The translations under genes were made by a program, and so were the position numbers. DNA of 64,000 bases. Origin: Minisyncoccota bacterium. GTDB taxonomy: Bacteria > Patescibacteriota > Minisyncoccia > Phycocordibacterales > GWA1-40-21. Below are positions 11,547 to 20,847 of this stretch, one piece after another (within the stretch, counting starts at the first letter, position 1; the number at the start of each line of letters is the position of its first letter). A model generated the notes under the pieces. It made no database searches and was not told where the DNA came from. It saw nothing but the letters and a program-made list of their open reading frames with translations. The stretch lies in assembly GCA_041663045.1 (NCBI GenBank), contig JBAZRH010000001.1:212403-276402 (forward strand), in the 5' to 3' direction.

Positions 11547-12674
11547 TTATTTTTTAATACAGTTATTATACGCGGTTATCTCTTTGTTGTAATCTGTGAT
11601 TAATTGTTTTGTGTCTATTATCAAAGTATTGATTGAATTTACAAGATTATTATATTCATACACCCTAGAATTATAGTATGTCGGATTTGATGATGGATTG
11701 GTATTATTTATTTCAGCGAGTAGATTTTTTGCTTGACCCTCCATAGTATCTGAAGTAGCGTATTTTGTTTCTATCTCTGCCTTTTTTGTAGGATTTGGAG
11801 TGGGACAAGAAGAAAGTGGCTTACCAAAAACTTGGGCCGAGATCCATACGAGGCTATCTTTATATTTTGCTTCTACTGCGGAGACGCCGATCTCGGTATA
11901 CTTATTATTCAGAATATTTTCTTTATGTCCTTCGCTTGCCATCCACGCATCTAAAAGTACCCGTGCATTTTCAAAGTTGCCCATAGCGATATTTTCTCCA
12001 ATATATATGTATTTATAAGAAAAACGATCAGACATTTTTGAGACACTGTCACCCGTTGGAGAAATGTGTTCAAAATATCCTTTCTCAAACATATCATTTA
12101 CTCTTGCGAGAGCGATGGAGTTCAAAGATGAGCTTGGAGATAAAGCTGGCAGGCCGACTTTTGATCGTTCTATATTTGTCCAGTAAATTATTTGTGATTG
12201 ATTTATTTTTGCACCATCAGGCGTTGTGTCTCCAACAAGAGGTCCGGGTGTCTCAGATATCTTTTGTAAATCTACTTTAGTGGTGAAAGTCGGAGGTTTT
12301 ATATTGGTAGGTTTCTTGATGAATATCTTACTAGAGGTGGTAGCGGAAGGATTCGATGTAGAATTAGAAGATGTATTAGGAGAGACAAAAGGTGTCTTGG
12401 GGCAGATCCTTATTCCCAGATCGGTTCTAAACTCTCCGCCTTTCCAATCTCCTTTTGCTATAGCTGTATAGTAGTTCTCGCAAAAATCCCCTCTTATTTT
12501 CCCTAAAACAGTTTGACCAAAGAAATTAAAAAAAATATTAACACTACTAGCAATACTTGCTGTTGATTTTGAAAAGTCTATTGAAGGAAAAGTGAAGGCC
12601 CCAACCCGCGTAAAGGTAAATAAATTAAGAATCAAACAAAGTACAACTATTAATATTTTTGTCTTTTTCATCAT
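11547..12674 (-). CDS. Secreted CAP/SCP (PR-1-like) domain protein
   Basis: Signal peptide MMKKTKILIVVLCLILN, a Ser/Thr/Pro-rich linker, and a C-terminal CAP domain (GYFEHISPTGDS...GENIAMG...HKENILNNKYTEIGVSAV). The ORF extends to 12743; the start was chosen at the MMKK codon. Confidence 0.7.
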   Translation of the reverse strand: MMKKTKILIVVLCLILNLFTFTRVGAFTFPSIDFSKSTASIASSVNIFFNFFGQTVLGKIRGDFCENYYTAIAKGDWKGGEFRTDLGIRICPKTPFVSPNTSSNSTSNPSATTSSKIFIKKPTNIKPPTFTTKVDLQKISETPGPLVGDTTPDGAKINQSQIIYWTNIERSKVGLPALSPSSSLNSIALARVNDMFEKGYFEHISPTGDSVSKMSDRFSYKYIYIGENIAMGNFENARVLLDAWMASEGHKENILNNKYTEIGVSAVEAKYKDSLVWISAQVFGKPLSSCPTPNPTKKAEIETKYATSDTMEGQAKNLLAEINNTNPSSNPTYYNSRVYEYNNLVNSINTLIIDTKQLITDYNKEITAYNNCIKK

Positions 12675-12734
12675 CGGTTGTATTTTACCATAAATAATTA
12701 AGCAAGTTAATGAATTGTCTTTAATAGTATCATT

Positions 12735-13181
12735 TTGGGACACTTTGTTGATTTCAAAATAATTGTTATAATATTCTATATGAAATTTTTGTTGGTCTTT
12801 TGGAGATACCTTTTATGGCATTACAGCAAGGGTGTAAAAGCGTCTTTCTTGCTTTGGGAAAATTTAACATCTTTTCTATATAATTTCTTTTCTATTAGAA
12901 GCCTTCTCGGGAACTTTTTTACACCATGGAGAAGACTTAGCGACATCTATCCGAAGTGGTATGAATTCAAAGAATTCTTCTCAACTTTTTTAACAAATGG
13001 ACTGATGAGAATTGTTGGCATGTTTATAAGGTTTTTCGTATTGCTTTTTGGCTTTACTGTCATCCTTATATTTATTTTGCTTTACCCCGTAGCGTTTATC
13101 GTCTGGCTTTTACTACCGCCCGCCATTATCTTTATGATTTTAGCCGGGATTGTCCTAATTATTAATGGAATATGGATATAA
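12735..13181 (+). CDS. Hypothetical polytopic membrane protein
   Basis: 148 aa, very hydrophobic. Overlaps the downstream AAA+ gene by about 10 nt, suggesting an operon. Confidence 0.4.
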   Translation: MGHFVDFKIIVIIFYMKFLLVFWRYLLWHYSKGVKASFLLWENLTSFLYNFFSIRSLLGNFFTPWRRLSDIYPKWYEFKEFFSTFLTNGLMRIVGMFIRFFVLLFGFTVILIFILLYPVAFIVWLLLPPAIIFMILAGIVLIINGIWI

Positions 13182-15643
13182 GAGCTTATTTAAAACAAAG
13201 TCCCCTCTATGATGTGCTTGTCGTAAATTCTCTTGTATCTACAAAGACTAGGGAGAAGATAAATAGCATAACTAAAAATGCCATCGTGGTTATTTTATTT
13301 ATAATGGTTATATATTACCTTGTCAGAAGTTCTTCGAAATTTGTTGCTTTCCAAAGTTTTGCAAATTTTATTGCACCAATATTATTTGGTTTACTTCTTA
13401 TAAATATCGCCGTATTTCTTTTTGCTAAACTTGTGGATATATATTTGTCTACTCAATATTATTTTGAGCATATTATAAAAAATAGATATGCAAACGATGA
13501 ACTTTATACCGTTTCTGCTGGTAAAATATTATACGCGGGTAGAAAAACAGATATTCTTCACGGACTTTTCTATTCTAGGATAGGAAAGATACTTATGTTT
13601 AGACTTGGGATAAATGAGCCAAATATAAAAGCATTCGTCGCTTCTCAACCGGTGGTAAGGGAAGAAGTAATGCCAAAACAAGAAGGAAATATTTTGAAGC
13701 TTCAAGATATTGTTTTACATTTATTTAATAACAACAAAGCATTTCAAAATTTCTTGCAGTGCAGAGGTATTACAGAAAAGCATCTTATAGGAGCTTTAAA
13801 TTGGGTAATTTATATGATTGAGACTAAAGAATATAGAAACCAATGGTGGAGGCCGGAAACCCTGGCTCGTATGGGTGGTATTGGTAGAGATTGGTCTTTC
13901 GGCAATACATATCTTTTGGATAAATATAGTAGAGATGTAATGAAAGATGAGGAAGTATCTTCAGATGCTTTCGTGATTTCAGATAGAGAAACAGAGATAA
14001 GTCAGATAGAAACCGCCCTTTCAAAATCAAATGAAGCAAATGTCATTTTGGTTGGTGAGGCAGGACAAGAAAAAATGCAGGTTGTTTGGAGTATATGTAG
14101 ACATATGAGAGATGGAAAAATAGCAGTACAGTTGAAAAACAAAAAGGTCATTTTACTTTCCGTAAATACAATTGTTTCTGTTTGTAAAAGAAAAGACACC
14201 CTTGAAGATCAGGTAAGAAAAATAATGAATGAAGTTTTGAAAGCTGGGGATATCATTCTTGTCGTTGATAACTTCCCTCTCTTACTCTCTACCGCTGAAG
14301 CATTGGGCTCTGATATGGTAAGTTTGCTTGATCCATATCTTGCAAGCCCTGCTCTCCAGCTAATAGCCATATCTGATAATAATGAGTATCACAGAGTAAT
14401 AGAACCAAACAAATCACTAATGGCTAGACTAGAAACTGTCCTAGTCAGACCACTTTCTACGGAAGAAAATGCGAGGATAATCGCTGACTCCACCCTATTT
14501 ATTGAAGCTCAATATGATATCTATTTTACTTTTCAGGCTGTACAAGAACTTGCGGAGAGTGCTGAATATTATTTCCCTGATGGAGTTTCTACAGACAAAG
14601 CAATGGATTTATTAAATGAGATAGCCCCGTGGTCTAAGAGACAAAATATCTCTTATATAGGTAGAGATGAAGTGCTTGAATATATACAAGAAAAGACCAA
14701 GATACCTACTGGAGGTAAAATCTCCCGGGAAGAAAAAGATAAGCTACTTAATCTGGAGAACATCTTAAATAAAAAAATAATTGGTCAGAAAGAAGCTGTT
14801 ACTGCAATAAGCAATGCGATGAGAAGATCACGTTCTGGTATTAGAAATCCAAATAAACCTATTGGCTCTTTCCTTTTCCTTGGACCAACCGGTGTTGGTA
14901 AGACAGAGACATCAAAAGCTCTGGCAGAAGTATTTTTTGATAGTGTGGACAATATGATGCGTTTGGATATGTCTGAATATCAGACAGATGATGCCATGGA
15001 ACGTCTTATAGGATCATTTACAAACAACAGACCTGGGGTGTTCTCAAGTATGCTTCGAGACAAGCCTTTTGGAGTTATGCTTCTTGATGAATTTGAAAAG
15101 ACAAATAAAAATGTCCTTAATCTTTTCCTACAGATTCTTGATGAAGGTTTCTTCTCAGATACCACTGGTAGAAAAGTTAGCACGAAAAACATTATCTTTA
15201 TCGCGACATCAAATGCTGGCGCAGACACTATCTTTGCAATGGTAAATGCTGGTAAAAATCCAAAAGACGCAAAAGAAGAGATACTAGCAGATATTATTGG
15301 TCGTGGTCTTTTTAAGCCAGAGCTTATAAACCGTTTCGATGGCACAATAATATTTAAACCTTTAGAAGAAATAGATTTAAAACAAATTGCTCGGATTATG
15401 TTAAAGAGAGTGGCAGAAAGACTCATAGAAAAAGGTATAGAGTTTAAAGTAACCGACACCCTTGTAGATTATGTAGTAAAACATGGTGCCAATGCTGCTT
15501 TCGGAGCAAGGCCAATGAATCGTTTTATACAAGACACCGTCGAGGGAAATCTTGCTGAGCTCATAATTAAAAGACAGATTCTCTCGGGCAATTCTATTGA
15601 ATTTAATGTTACAGATGAAGGCCTTTTACCAAAAATAAGATAG
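13172..15643 (+). CDS. Membrane-anchored ClpA/ClpB-like AAA+ ATPase with a degenerate first nucleotide-binding domain
   Basis: 823 aa. Two N-terminal TM helices. D1 Walker A reads GEAGQEK (the canonical form is GxPGVGKT). D2 is intact: GPTGVGKTETSKALA, Walker B LLDEFEK, sensor IFIATSN, and a C-terminal ClpB_D2-small-like region. Confidence 0.75.
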   Translation: MDIRAYLKQSPLYDVLVVNSLVSTKTREKINSITKNAIVVILFIMVIYYLVRSSSKFVAFQSFANFIAPILFGLLLINIAVFLFAKLVDIYLSTQYYFEHIIKNRYANDELYTVSAGKILYAGRKTDILHGLFYSRIGKILMFRLGINEPNIKAFVASQPVVREEVMPKQEGNILKLQDIVLHLFNNNKAFQNFLQCRGITEKHLIGALNWVIYMIETKEYRNQWWRPETLARMGGIGRDWSFGNTYLLDKYSRDVMKDEEVSSDAFVISDRETEISQIETALSKSNEANVILVGEAGQEKMQVVWSICRHMRDGKIAVQLKNKKVILLSVNTIVSVCKRKDTLEDQVRKIMNEVLKAGDIILVVDNFPLLLSTAEALGSDMVSLLDPYLASPALQLIAISDNNEYHRVIEPNKSLMARLETVLVRPLSTEENARIIADSTLFIEAQYDIYFTFQAVQELAESAEYYFPDGVSTDKAMDLLNEIAPWSKRQNISYIGRDEVLEYIQEKTKIPTGGKISREEKDKLLNLENILNKKIIGQKEAVTAISNAMRRSRSGIRNPNKPIGSFLFLGPTGVGKTETSKALAEVFFDSVDNMMRLDMSEYQTDDAMERLIGSFTNNRPGVFSSMLRDKPFGVMLLDEFEKTNKNVLNLFLQILDEGFFSDTTGRKVSTKNIIFIATSNAGADTIFAMVNAGKNPKDAKEEILADIIGRGLFKPELINRFDGTIIFKPLEEIDLKQIARIMLKRVAERLIEKGIEFKVTDTLVDYVVKHGANAAFGARPMNRFIQDTVEGNLAELIIKRQILSGNSIEFNVTDEGLLPKIR

Positions 15644-15657
15644 AAGATACTTCAATA

Positions 15658-16371
15658 CTATTTATTTTTACCCATATTTAAGTATTTTTGTCGTTCATTT
15701 TCCGGGAATTTCTCAATAGCATATCTAAGCATTATTCTAGGCATTTTATAACTGAACTTATCTAGAAACTTTTCTAAGTTCCCCACATTTACTTTTCCCG
15801 CTTCTCTAAGCATCCAGCCAACCGCTTTATGGATAAGATCGTGCTTGTCTTTTATCAGTATTTTTGCCAGTTTAAAAGTATCTTTTAGTTCACTGTTCTT
15901 TATAAAAGCAAGCGTTGAAATTATAGAAACTCTTCTTTTCCACAAATTATTTGATTCAACAAGGTCGTATAAAATTCTCTTAGGTTTATTCAATAAATAT
16001 CTACCCACAATCCTAGGTGCTGAAAGGTCCACCAAATCCCAATTATTTACTTGCTTTGAATTCTTTATATAAAAATCAAAGATTTGTCTTCTACCTGGTT
16101 CGTCTGTATTTTCAAAATTGTTTACTAGAATAAGTAATGAACAAAGTCTTTCCTCGTGAATCTTTGAATATAAAAGTCTTTTAATTTCAGAAAGTGAAAT
16201 ATCTATATTCTTCTTTGCTACTTTCCTTGTGTTTGGAACGCTTATTCCAAGAAAAACATCTCCTTCGCCATAATCACCTTTTCCGGTTTTAAAAAATCTT
16301 TGCAAAACATTTGCCTTTTCAAAATCAGCATATAGTCTTAAATCTTTTTTAACATCTTCTACGCTAGACAT
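15658..16371 (-). CDS. DNA alkylation repair protein (AlkD-like HEAT-repeat glycosylase family)
   Basis: 237 aa. N-terminal LRLYADFEKANVLQRFFKTGKGDYGEGDVFLGISVPNTRKVAKKN matches the DNA_alkylation family pattern. Confidence 0.7.
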   Translation of the reverse strand: MSSVEDVKKDLRLYADFEKANVLQRFFKTGKGDYGEGDVFLGISVPNTRKVAKKNIDISLSEIKRLLYSKIHEERLCSLLILVNNFENTDEPGRRQIFDFYIKNSKQVNNWDLVDLSAPRIVGRYLLNKPKRILYDLVESNNLWKRRVSIISTLAFIKNSELKDTFKLAKILIKDKHDLIHKAVGWMLREAGKVNVGNLEKFLDKFSYKMPRIMLRYAIEKFPENERQKYLNMGKNK

Positions 16372-16400
16372 ATCAGATTATAATATAACAAAATAGTCTA

Positions 16401-16439
16401 AAACAAAATCTACCTGATCGATCAGGTAGATTTTGTTTT
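16401..16439. terminator. Bidirectional terminator hairpin
   Basis: aaaacaaaatctacctgatcgatcaggtagattttgtttt, a perfect palindrome with flanking A- and T-runs. Confidence 0.7.
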
Positions 16440-16453
16440 AAAGCGAGGAAATA

Positions 16454-16672
16454 TTATACTTGTGGCTCTGAACCCCCACTACAATTCTTTGAAACAGTGT
16501 ATATAGCATATAGTCCCGATAGACCGACAAGAATGTAGACTATCTTAACTAATGTGGCTGTCCTAAAGATTATTTCAACGAGGTTTATATTGAAAGCAAC
16601 AAGACCCCAATTTATACCCCCGATAATTATCAAGATTAAAGCTATCCAATCCAACCAATTAAGTTTTGACAT
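16454..16672 (-). CDS. DUF378-family small membrane protein
   Basis: 72 aa with two TM helices. WIALILIIIGGINWGLVAF is typical of DUF378. Confidence 0.55.
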   Translation of the reverse strand: MSKLNWLDWIALILIIIGGINWGLVAFNINLVEIIFRTATLVKIVYILVGLSGLYAIYTVSKNCSGGSEPQV

Positions 16673-16750
16673 ATGTCTTTTTAATAGAAATTATTAAACG
16701 ACCTTTATTACCTCTATTATACCACTAAATTAAAATCGTCAACTGGATGT

Positions 16751-17326
16751 CTATTGCACTTTATGAAGTGTCTTTCTTCTAACTCTATACTCATGTATAA
16801 CGAGATATACTATAAAGATATCAAATATCGTAAGAGCTAAAAGCCACCCAGAGTGAATAAAATAATATCTATATGATTGATAAATTATAAAACCGGAAAA
16901 TACAACAATGGAAGCCGGGTATGCCCAGAGTCTATTCATAAGAAGTCCTGCAATGACAAAAACCTTCAAAATTCCGTGTACAAGTAGATATATTGAAAAG
17001 AAAGTTTGCGAACTCATAGCAAAGCTTGAAACAGAATTTACAATAAATAAACCCACCAAATCATTTGGGTCATCTGAGAGTTCGTTCTGTGTAAGAGTAA
17101 GGACCAAAGTTATTATATATGCTTTATTTACTAAAAGTACAGCGATACCGCCAAGAATCTCAGAAAGTGCATTTAATCCTTTAAGCCAAAGACTAATTTC
17201 AAAGATCCTAAATATCTTTTTCTCACTTATGACTGGTTGCATACTGAATATTGTACCATCCTTCTTGCATAAAAAAAGTGACACAGTACACTGCGCCACT
17301 TTCATACAACCCACCAAACAGGTCAC
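16751..17326 (-). CDS. Hypothetical integral membrane protein
   Basis: 191 aa with 4-5 TM helices. The start may be the internal Met near 17242. Confidence 0.4.
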   Translation of the reverse strand: MTCLVGCMKVAQCTVSLFLCKKDGTIFSMQPVISEKKIFRIFEISLWLKGLNALSEILGGIAVLLVNKAYIITLVLTLTQNELSDDPNDLVGLFIVNSVSSFAMSSQTFFSIYLLVHGILKVFVIAGLLMNRLWAYPASIVVFSGFIIYQSYRYYFIHSGWLLALTIFDIFIVYLVIHEYRVRRKTLHKVQ

Positions 17327-17553
17327 CTTTCGTTCAACGCTTTCCTCATGATCTTGCGATCATCGGGATTTCTGTCTTCGTGATTGGGAATGTGTTTGAC
17401 TACACTTTCATCGGTTCCGGGGTTTTCTTCATAGAATTTTCTCCGATAAGCCCTGGCTTGTTTAAGACGAACGACAAGCTGCTTCACACCATCTACGACA
17501 GGATCCAAAACATCCAACAACGCCCACCAAACCAACTTGAAGAACTGTGTCAT
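17323..17553 (-). CDS. Hypothetical small protein in a GC-elevated islet
   Basis: 76 aa. Local GC is clearly above the surrounding sequence. No recognisable domain. Confidence 0.3.
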   Translation of the reverse strand: MTQFFKLVWWALLDVLDPVVDGVKQLVVRLKQARAYRRKFYEENPGTDESVVKHIPNHEDRNPDDRKIMRKALNER

Positions 17554-17622
17554 TTCTGACCTCCCTTTTGTTTTTCTCCGATAAAGATGTTAACACGAGT
17601 ATACAACTCTTGTCAACTAACC

Positions 17623-18855
17623 CTATTCTATAAAAGTTAGTGCCTTTCCTTTCTTATTCCCACGGCCTGTTCTACCAATACGGTGGACATAGTCGTCATA
17701 AGTAGCTGGTAAGTCATAGTTTATAACATGGGAAATATCCGGAATATCCAAACCCCTCGCAGCCACATCTGTAGCGACCAAGATATTTATATATTCATCT
17801 TTGAAAGCGGAAAGTGCCTTTTGTCTTTTGGCATGATTTTTATCACCGTGAATAGAATCCGCCTTGAATCCCCTTGCAATCAGATTTTTTGAAAGTTTTT
17901 CTACCCCATGCTTTGTCCTTCCGAAAATAAGCACTTTGTAGAATTCTTCTTTATTGAGAATATCATGCAAAGTATCAAGTTTGTTTCCGTTTACTCTCAC
18001 GATATCTTGATCTACACTCTTTGCTGTATCGCCCGTCTTTACGGAAATAGTTATCGGATTTGTGAGAAAATCTTTAATCAAAATCTCAATCTCTCTTGAA
18101 ATCGTAGCGGAGAAAAATAGAGTATGTCTATGTTTTGGCATTTTTGCCATCACAAACTTCATATCGGCGATAAATCCCATATCAAGCATTCTATCTGCCT
18201 CATCTAGCACTATTGTCGCGAATTTAGAAAGATCTATAAATCTTCTATTTACCAAATCTTTCAATCTTCCCGGTGTGCCTATAATAAAGTTTGAGCTTCT
18301 ATTCCTAAGCTCGGATATTTGCCCGCCGATAGAAACTCCTCCGACACAGCATACAGAATATACAGGCATACCCAAGACAAGAGTCCTAAGCTCCTGATTT
18401 ATCTGCAAAGCAAGCTCGCGAGTAGGCACGACGATAAGCACCTTTTCATTCCTATTTATGAGCGCTTTCTGAATAAGCGGTATCAGAAAAGCACCAGTTT
18501 TACCTGTCCCTGTATTTGCAATACCGACGACATCTCTTCCTGCAAGAATCTGCGGGATGATCTGGTCTTGAATCGGTGTAGGTGTGCTAAACCCCTTCTT
18601 TGTGATATTTTCTTTTATTTTTAAATCAATACTAAAATCACTAAATTTATGTTTTGAAATATAGGCGACTTCTGCGATGAGAGGTTCCGCTTTATTTATA
18701 AATTTAGAAAAGTGAATATTTTGAGTGCGTCCTTGATTAGAGGTCCTTCTCTGACCTCCACCACTATTACCCCCGCGATGATTTCCACCGCCTTGGTATC
18801 CGCCACGACCATACGATCGTGAAGACGAACTTCTACTATTATTTCTTCTATACAT
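17623..18855 (-). CDS. DEAD-box ATP-dependent RNA helicase with an N-terminal Gly/Arg-rich tail
   Basis: 410 aa. Q-motif, Walker A GTGKT, DEAD (VLDEADRMLDMGF), SAT, and motif VI HRIGRTGRGNKKG. The RGG/GGYQGGG tail is at the N-terminus, not the usual C-terminus. Confidence 0.9.
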   Translation of the reverse strand: MYRRNNSRSSSSRSYGRGGYQGGGNHRGGNSGGGQRRTSNQGRTQNIHFSKFINKAEPLIAEVAYISKHKFSDFSIDLKIKENITKKGFSTPTPIQDQIIPQILAGRDVVGIANTGTGKTGAFLIPLIQKALINRNEKVLIVVPTRELALQINQELRTLVLGMPVYSVCCVGGVSIGGQISELRNRSSNFIIGTPGRLKDLVNRRFIDLSKFATIVLDEADRMLDMGFIADMKFVMAKMPKHRHTLFFSATISREIEILIKDFLTNPITISVKTGDTAKSVDQDIVRVNGNKLDTLHDILNKEEFYKVLIFGRTKHGVEKLSKNLIARGFKADSIHGDKNHAKRQKALSAFKDEYINILVATDVAARGLDIPDISHVINYDLPATYDDYVHRIGRTGRGNKKGKALTFIE

Positions 18856-19083
18856 AAGATTATTACTCCAATTAAAGAATTGAAGTGTGCAACGAGGCCG
18901 AAGCCTGTTGATTAATTGTTAACGTAAAATGCCGCACGGAATCCGGCGACATTTAACGCTGTATCAGTGAGATTACTTTACCCTACAAGTATAGCAAACC
19001 CCCGCTTTTTTGTCAATTGACACAATACATATAATATGCTGTCCTCCTAATCGGGGTTCTTAACACAGAAAAAGGAGGCTTGT

Positions 19084-19557
19084 GTGAGTATACATAAGGA
19101 AGTTGAGTATTTAAGTGCAGGAGGCTGGAAAAACCCCTATAACAGGGTAGCCTACAAAGTCTATCGTTGGCAAATCATATTCTCTGGTTTGTCTGACGGA
19201 GACCGTATTGCCCGCTGTTCGACGATAAATTCCGCAGAAAACATCGTCCTCGCAATCAGTGATACCGAAGGAATCGATCCGAGAAATTACAGGTTTTATG
19301 ATTTGCAAACCCACAGGGGGTACACAAGTCATAAGGACGGTGAATTCACATTTAACAGGCTCATTCTTCGGTGGAAACAAGGTATCAGGAAGCCGGCACA
19401 AGCGCATTGGGAAGAAGTAGAGTGCTTGCCGGAAATACTGGAGGAGTGGTCGTCATATATCTGGAGTGGTGAGCCTTGTGGTGAGCCACGCAGTCTCGCT
19501 ATGGTTCGGCGAGTATTACCAGCAGTGCGATCGCTTCTGATCAGTACCAGAGGCTAA
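19084..19557 (+). CDS. Hypothetical protein in a GC-elevated islet (GTG start with strong SD)
   Basis: AAAGGAGG sits 7 nt upstream of GTG at 19084. 157 aa with no recognisable domain. Followed by a strong terminator. Confidence 0.5.
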   Translation: MSIHKEVEYLSAGGWKNPYNRVAYKVYRWQIIFSGLSDGDRIARCSTINSAENIVLAISDTEGIDPRNYRFYDLQTHRGYTSHKDGEFTFNRLILRWKQGIRKPAQAHWEEVECLPEILEEWSSYIWSGEPCGEPRSLAMVRRVLPAVRSLLISTRG

Positions 19558-19580
19558 TCGAAAGAGACTATCGTATACAA

Positions 19581-19611
19581 CAGGCGATTCACACGAATCG
19601 CCTGTTTTTTT
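19581..19611 (+). terminator. Rho-independent terminator
   Basis: caggcgattc-acac-gaatcgcctg followed by TTTTTTT. Confidence 0.8.
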
Positions 19612-19613
19612 AA

Positions 19614-20150
19614 TTACTTCTTCTTCGCCACTCTCTTTATAAATTCCGAAGAGGTCATAATTGATTTAAAGTCTTTTACTCTATCCATAAAACTTAGTCC
19701 GTTAAGATGATCTATTTCATGTTGAAAAATACGTGCCCACAGACCTGAAGCCTTTTCTGTAATCTTCTTACTATCTTGATTATAATATTCAACTGTTACT
19801 GTTTTTGGTCTCGGAACCAGGGCGTATATTCGCCCCAGACTCAAACAAGCCTCCCAATCAGTTATTATCTTTTTCGAATAATTAATAATTTTTGGATTTA
19901 TAGCGAAAACTGGCCCTTTTTGTTTTTGTTTCGGCCTTTCTGGTGTTGGTCGGATCTCCATGACTATTATTTGTAAAGATTTACCGATTTGTGGAGCAGC
20001 TAGACCAATACCTTTACTTTTGCGCATAGTATAGAGCATATCTTTCATAAAAGTCTTGCCGGTCTTGCTTTTTAAAAAATTTAATGTGACTTTCTTCGCC
20101 CTAAGTCTCAAGATGGGATTTCCAAATTCAACACAATTTAATAATTTCAT
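19614..20150 (-). CDS. def: Peptide deformylase, paralog 1
   Basis: Motif I GIGLAAPQIG, motif II EACLSLGR, motif III HEIDHLNG. Start chosen at MKLLNCVEFGNPIL; the longer ORF to 20204 overlaps the upstream gene. Confidence 0.8.
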   Translation of the reverse strand: MKLLNCVEFGNPILRLRAKKVTLNFLKSKTGKTFMKDMLYTMRKSKGIGLAAPQIGKSLQIIVMEIRPTPERPKQKQKGPVFAINPKIINYSKKIITDWEACLSLGRIYALVPRPKTVTVEYYNQDSKKITEKASGLWARIFQHEIDHLNGLSFMDRVKDFKSIMTSSEFIKRVAKKK

Positions 20151-20154
20151 GCAT

Positions 20155-20487
20155 TTATAGTTGCTTATTATGTTTAGCTTTAATTTTCTCAATCTTCTTG
20201 CCAAGTGCGTCTGGGATATTTACATTCATAAGTTTCGCGAGGAGAAAAGTTGTAATCACTACATCGGCAAATTCATCGGAAAGGCTTTCTAAACTTCTGC
20301 CTTCCATCTTGCCTTTTCTTTGATCACCCAGATATGCCAAGACTTCATCAGACAACTCTCCAAACTCTTCCGATATCTTTACTGTACGGGATAATATCCT
20401 TTCTCGGTCAGTTTGAGTCGTATCCTTTACTGTACGAAATAATTTATCTTGATCATCTATAAATTTCTGAAATTCTTCCATGTTCAT
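20155..20487 (-). CDS. MazG-like nucleotide pyrophosphohydrolase domain protein
   Basis: 110 aa, all-helical. The EEFGELSDE (ExxE) motif is characteristic of the MazG/NTP-PPase fold. Confidence 0.65.
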   Translation of the reverse strand: MNMEEFQKFIDDQDKLFRTVKDTTQTDRERILSRTVKISEEFGELSDEVLAYLGDQRKGKMEGRSLESLSDEFADVVITTFLLAKLMNVNIPDALGKKIEKIKAKHNKQL

Positions 20488-20499
20488 ATATCTTTAATA

Positions 20500-20847
20500 T
20501 TATATATTTTCTAAAGGGTAAATATCCAAGGCAACCTCTTCATATGGATGGACTTTCTTTATAGCTTTTATCACTTCTTGTAATTTTTCTCTTGGACAAA
20601 TTGTCTCTATTCTTTCCTCAACTACTTCTTCAAGTTTACCGACACTACCTATATGTGGTTTTGCGTATTCTACTGGCTTAAATCTCCCAATACCTTTTGT
20701 AGAAAAAGTACAGTTGGTATAATTACCGATTATTCCGGCACCAGCATTAGCCATAGCTTCTCTAACAATGTTTGTATGTGTTTCTGGTACAAAAACTACG
20801 ATTTTTACATTTTTTGATTGCATATTTTTAAAATTCTTTAACATCAC
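20500..20847 (-). CDS. Nif3/YqfO-like (DUF34) C-terminal-half domain protein, stand-alone
   Basis: 115 aa. GAGIIGNY...GIGRFKP...HPYEEVALDIY resembles the C-terminal half of Nif3-family proteins. Assigned by recall only. Confidence 0.4.
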   Translation of the reverse strand: MMLKNFKNMQSKNVKIVVFVPETHTNIVREAMANAGAGIIGNYTNCTFSTKGIGRFKPVEYAKPHIGSVGKLEEVVEERIETICPREKLQEVIKAIKKVHPYEEVALDIYPLENI

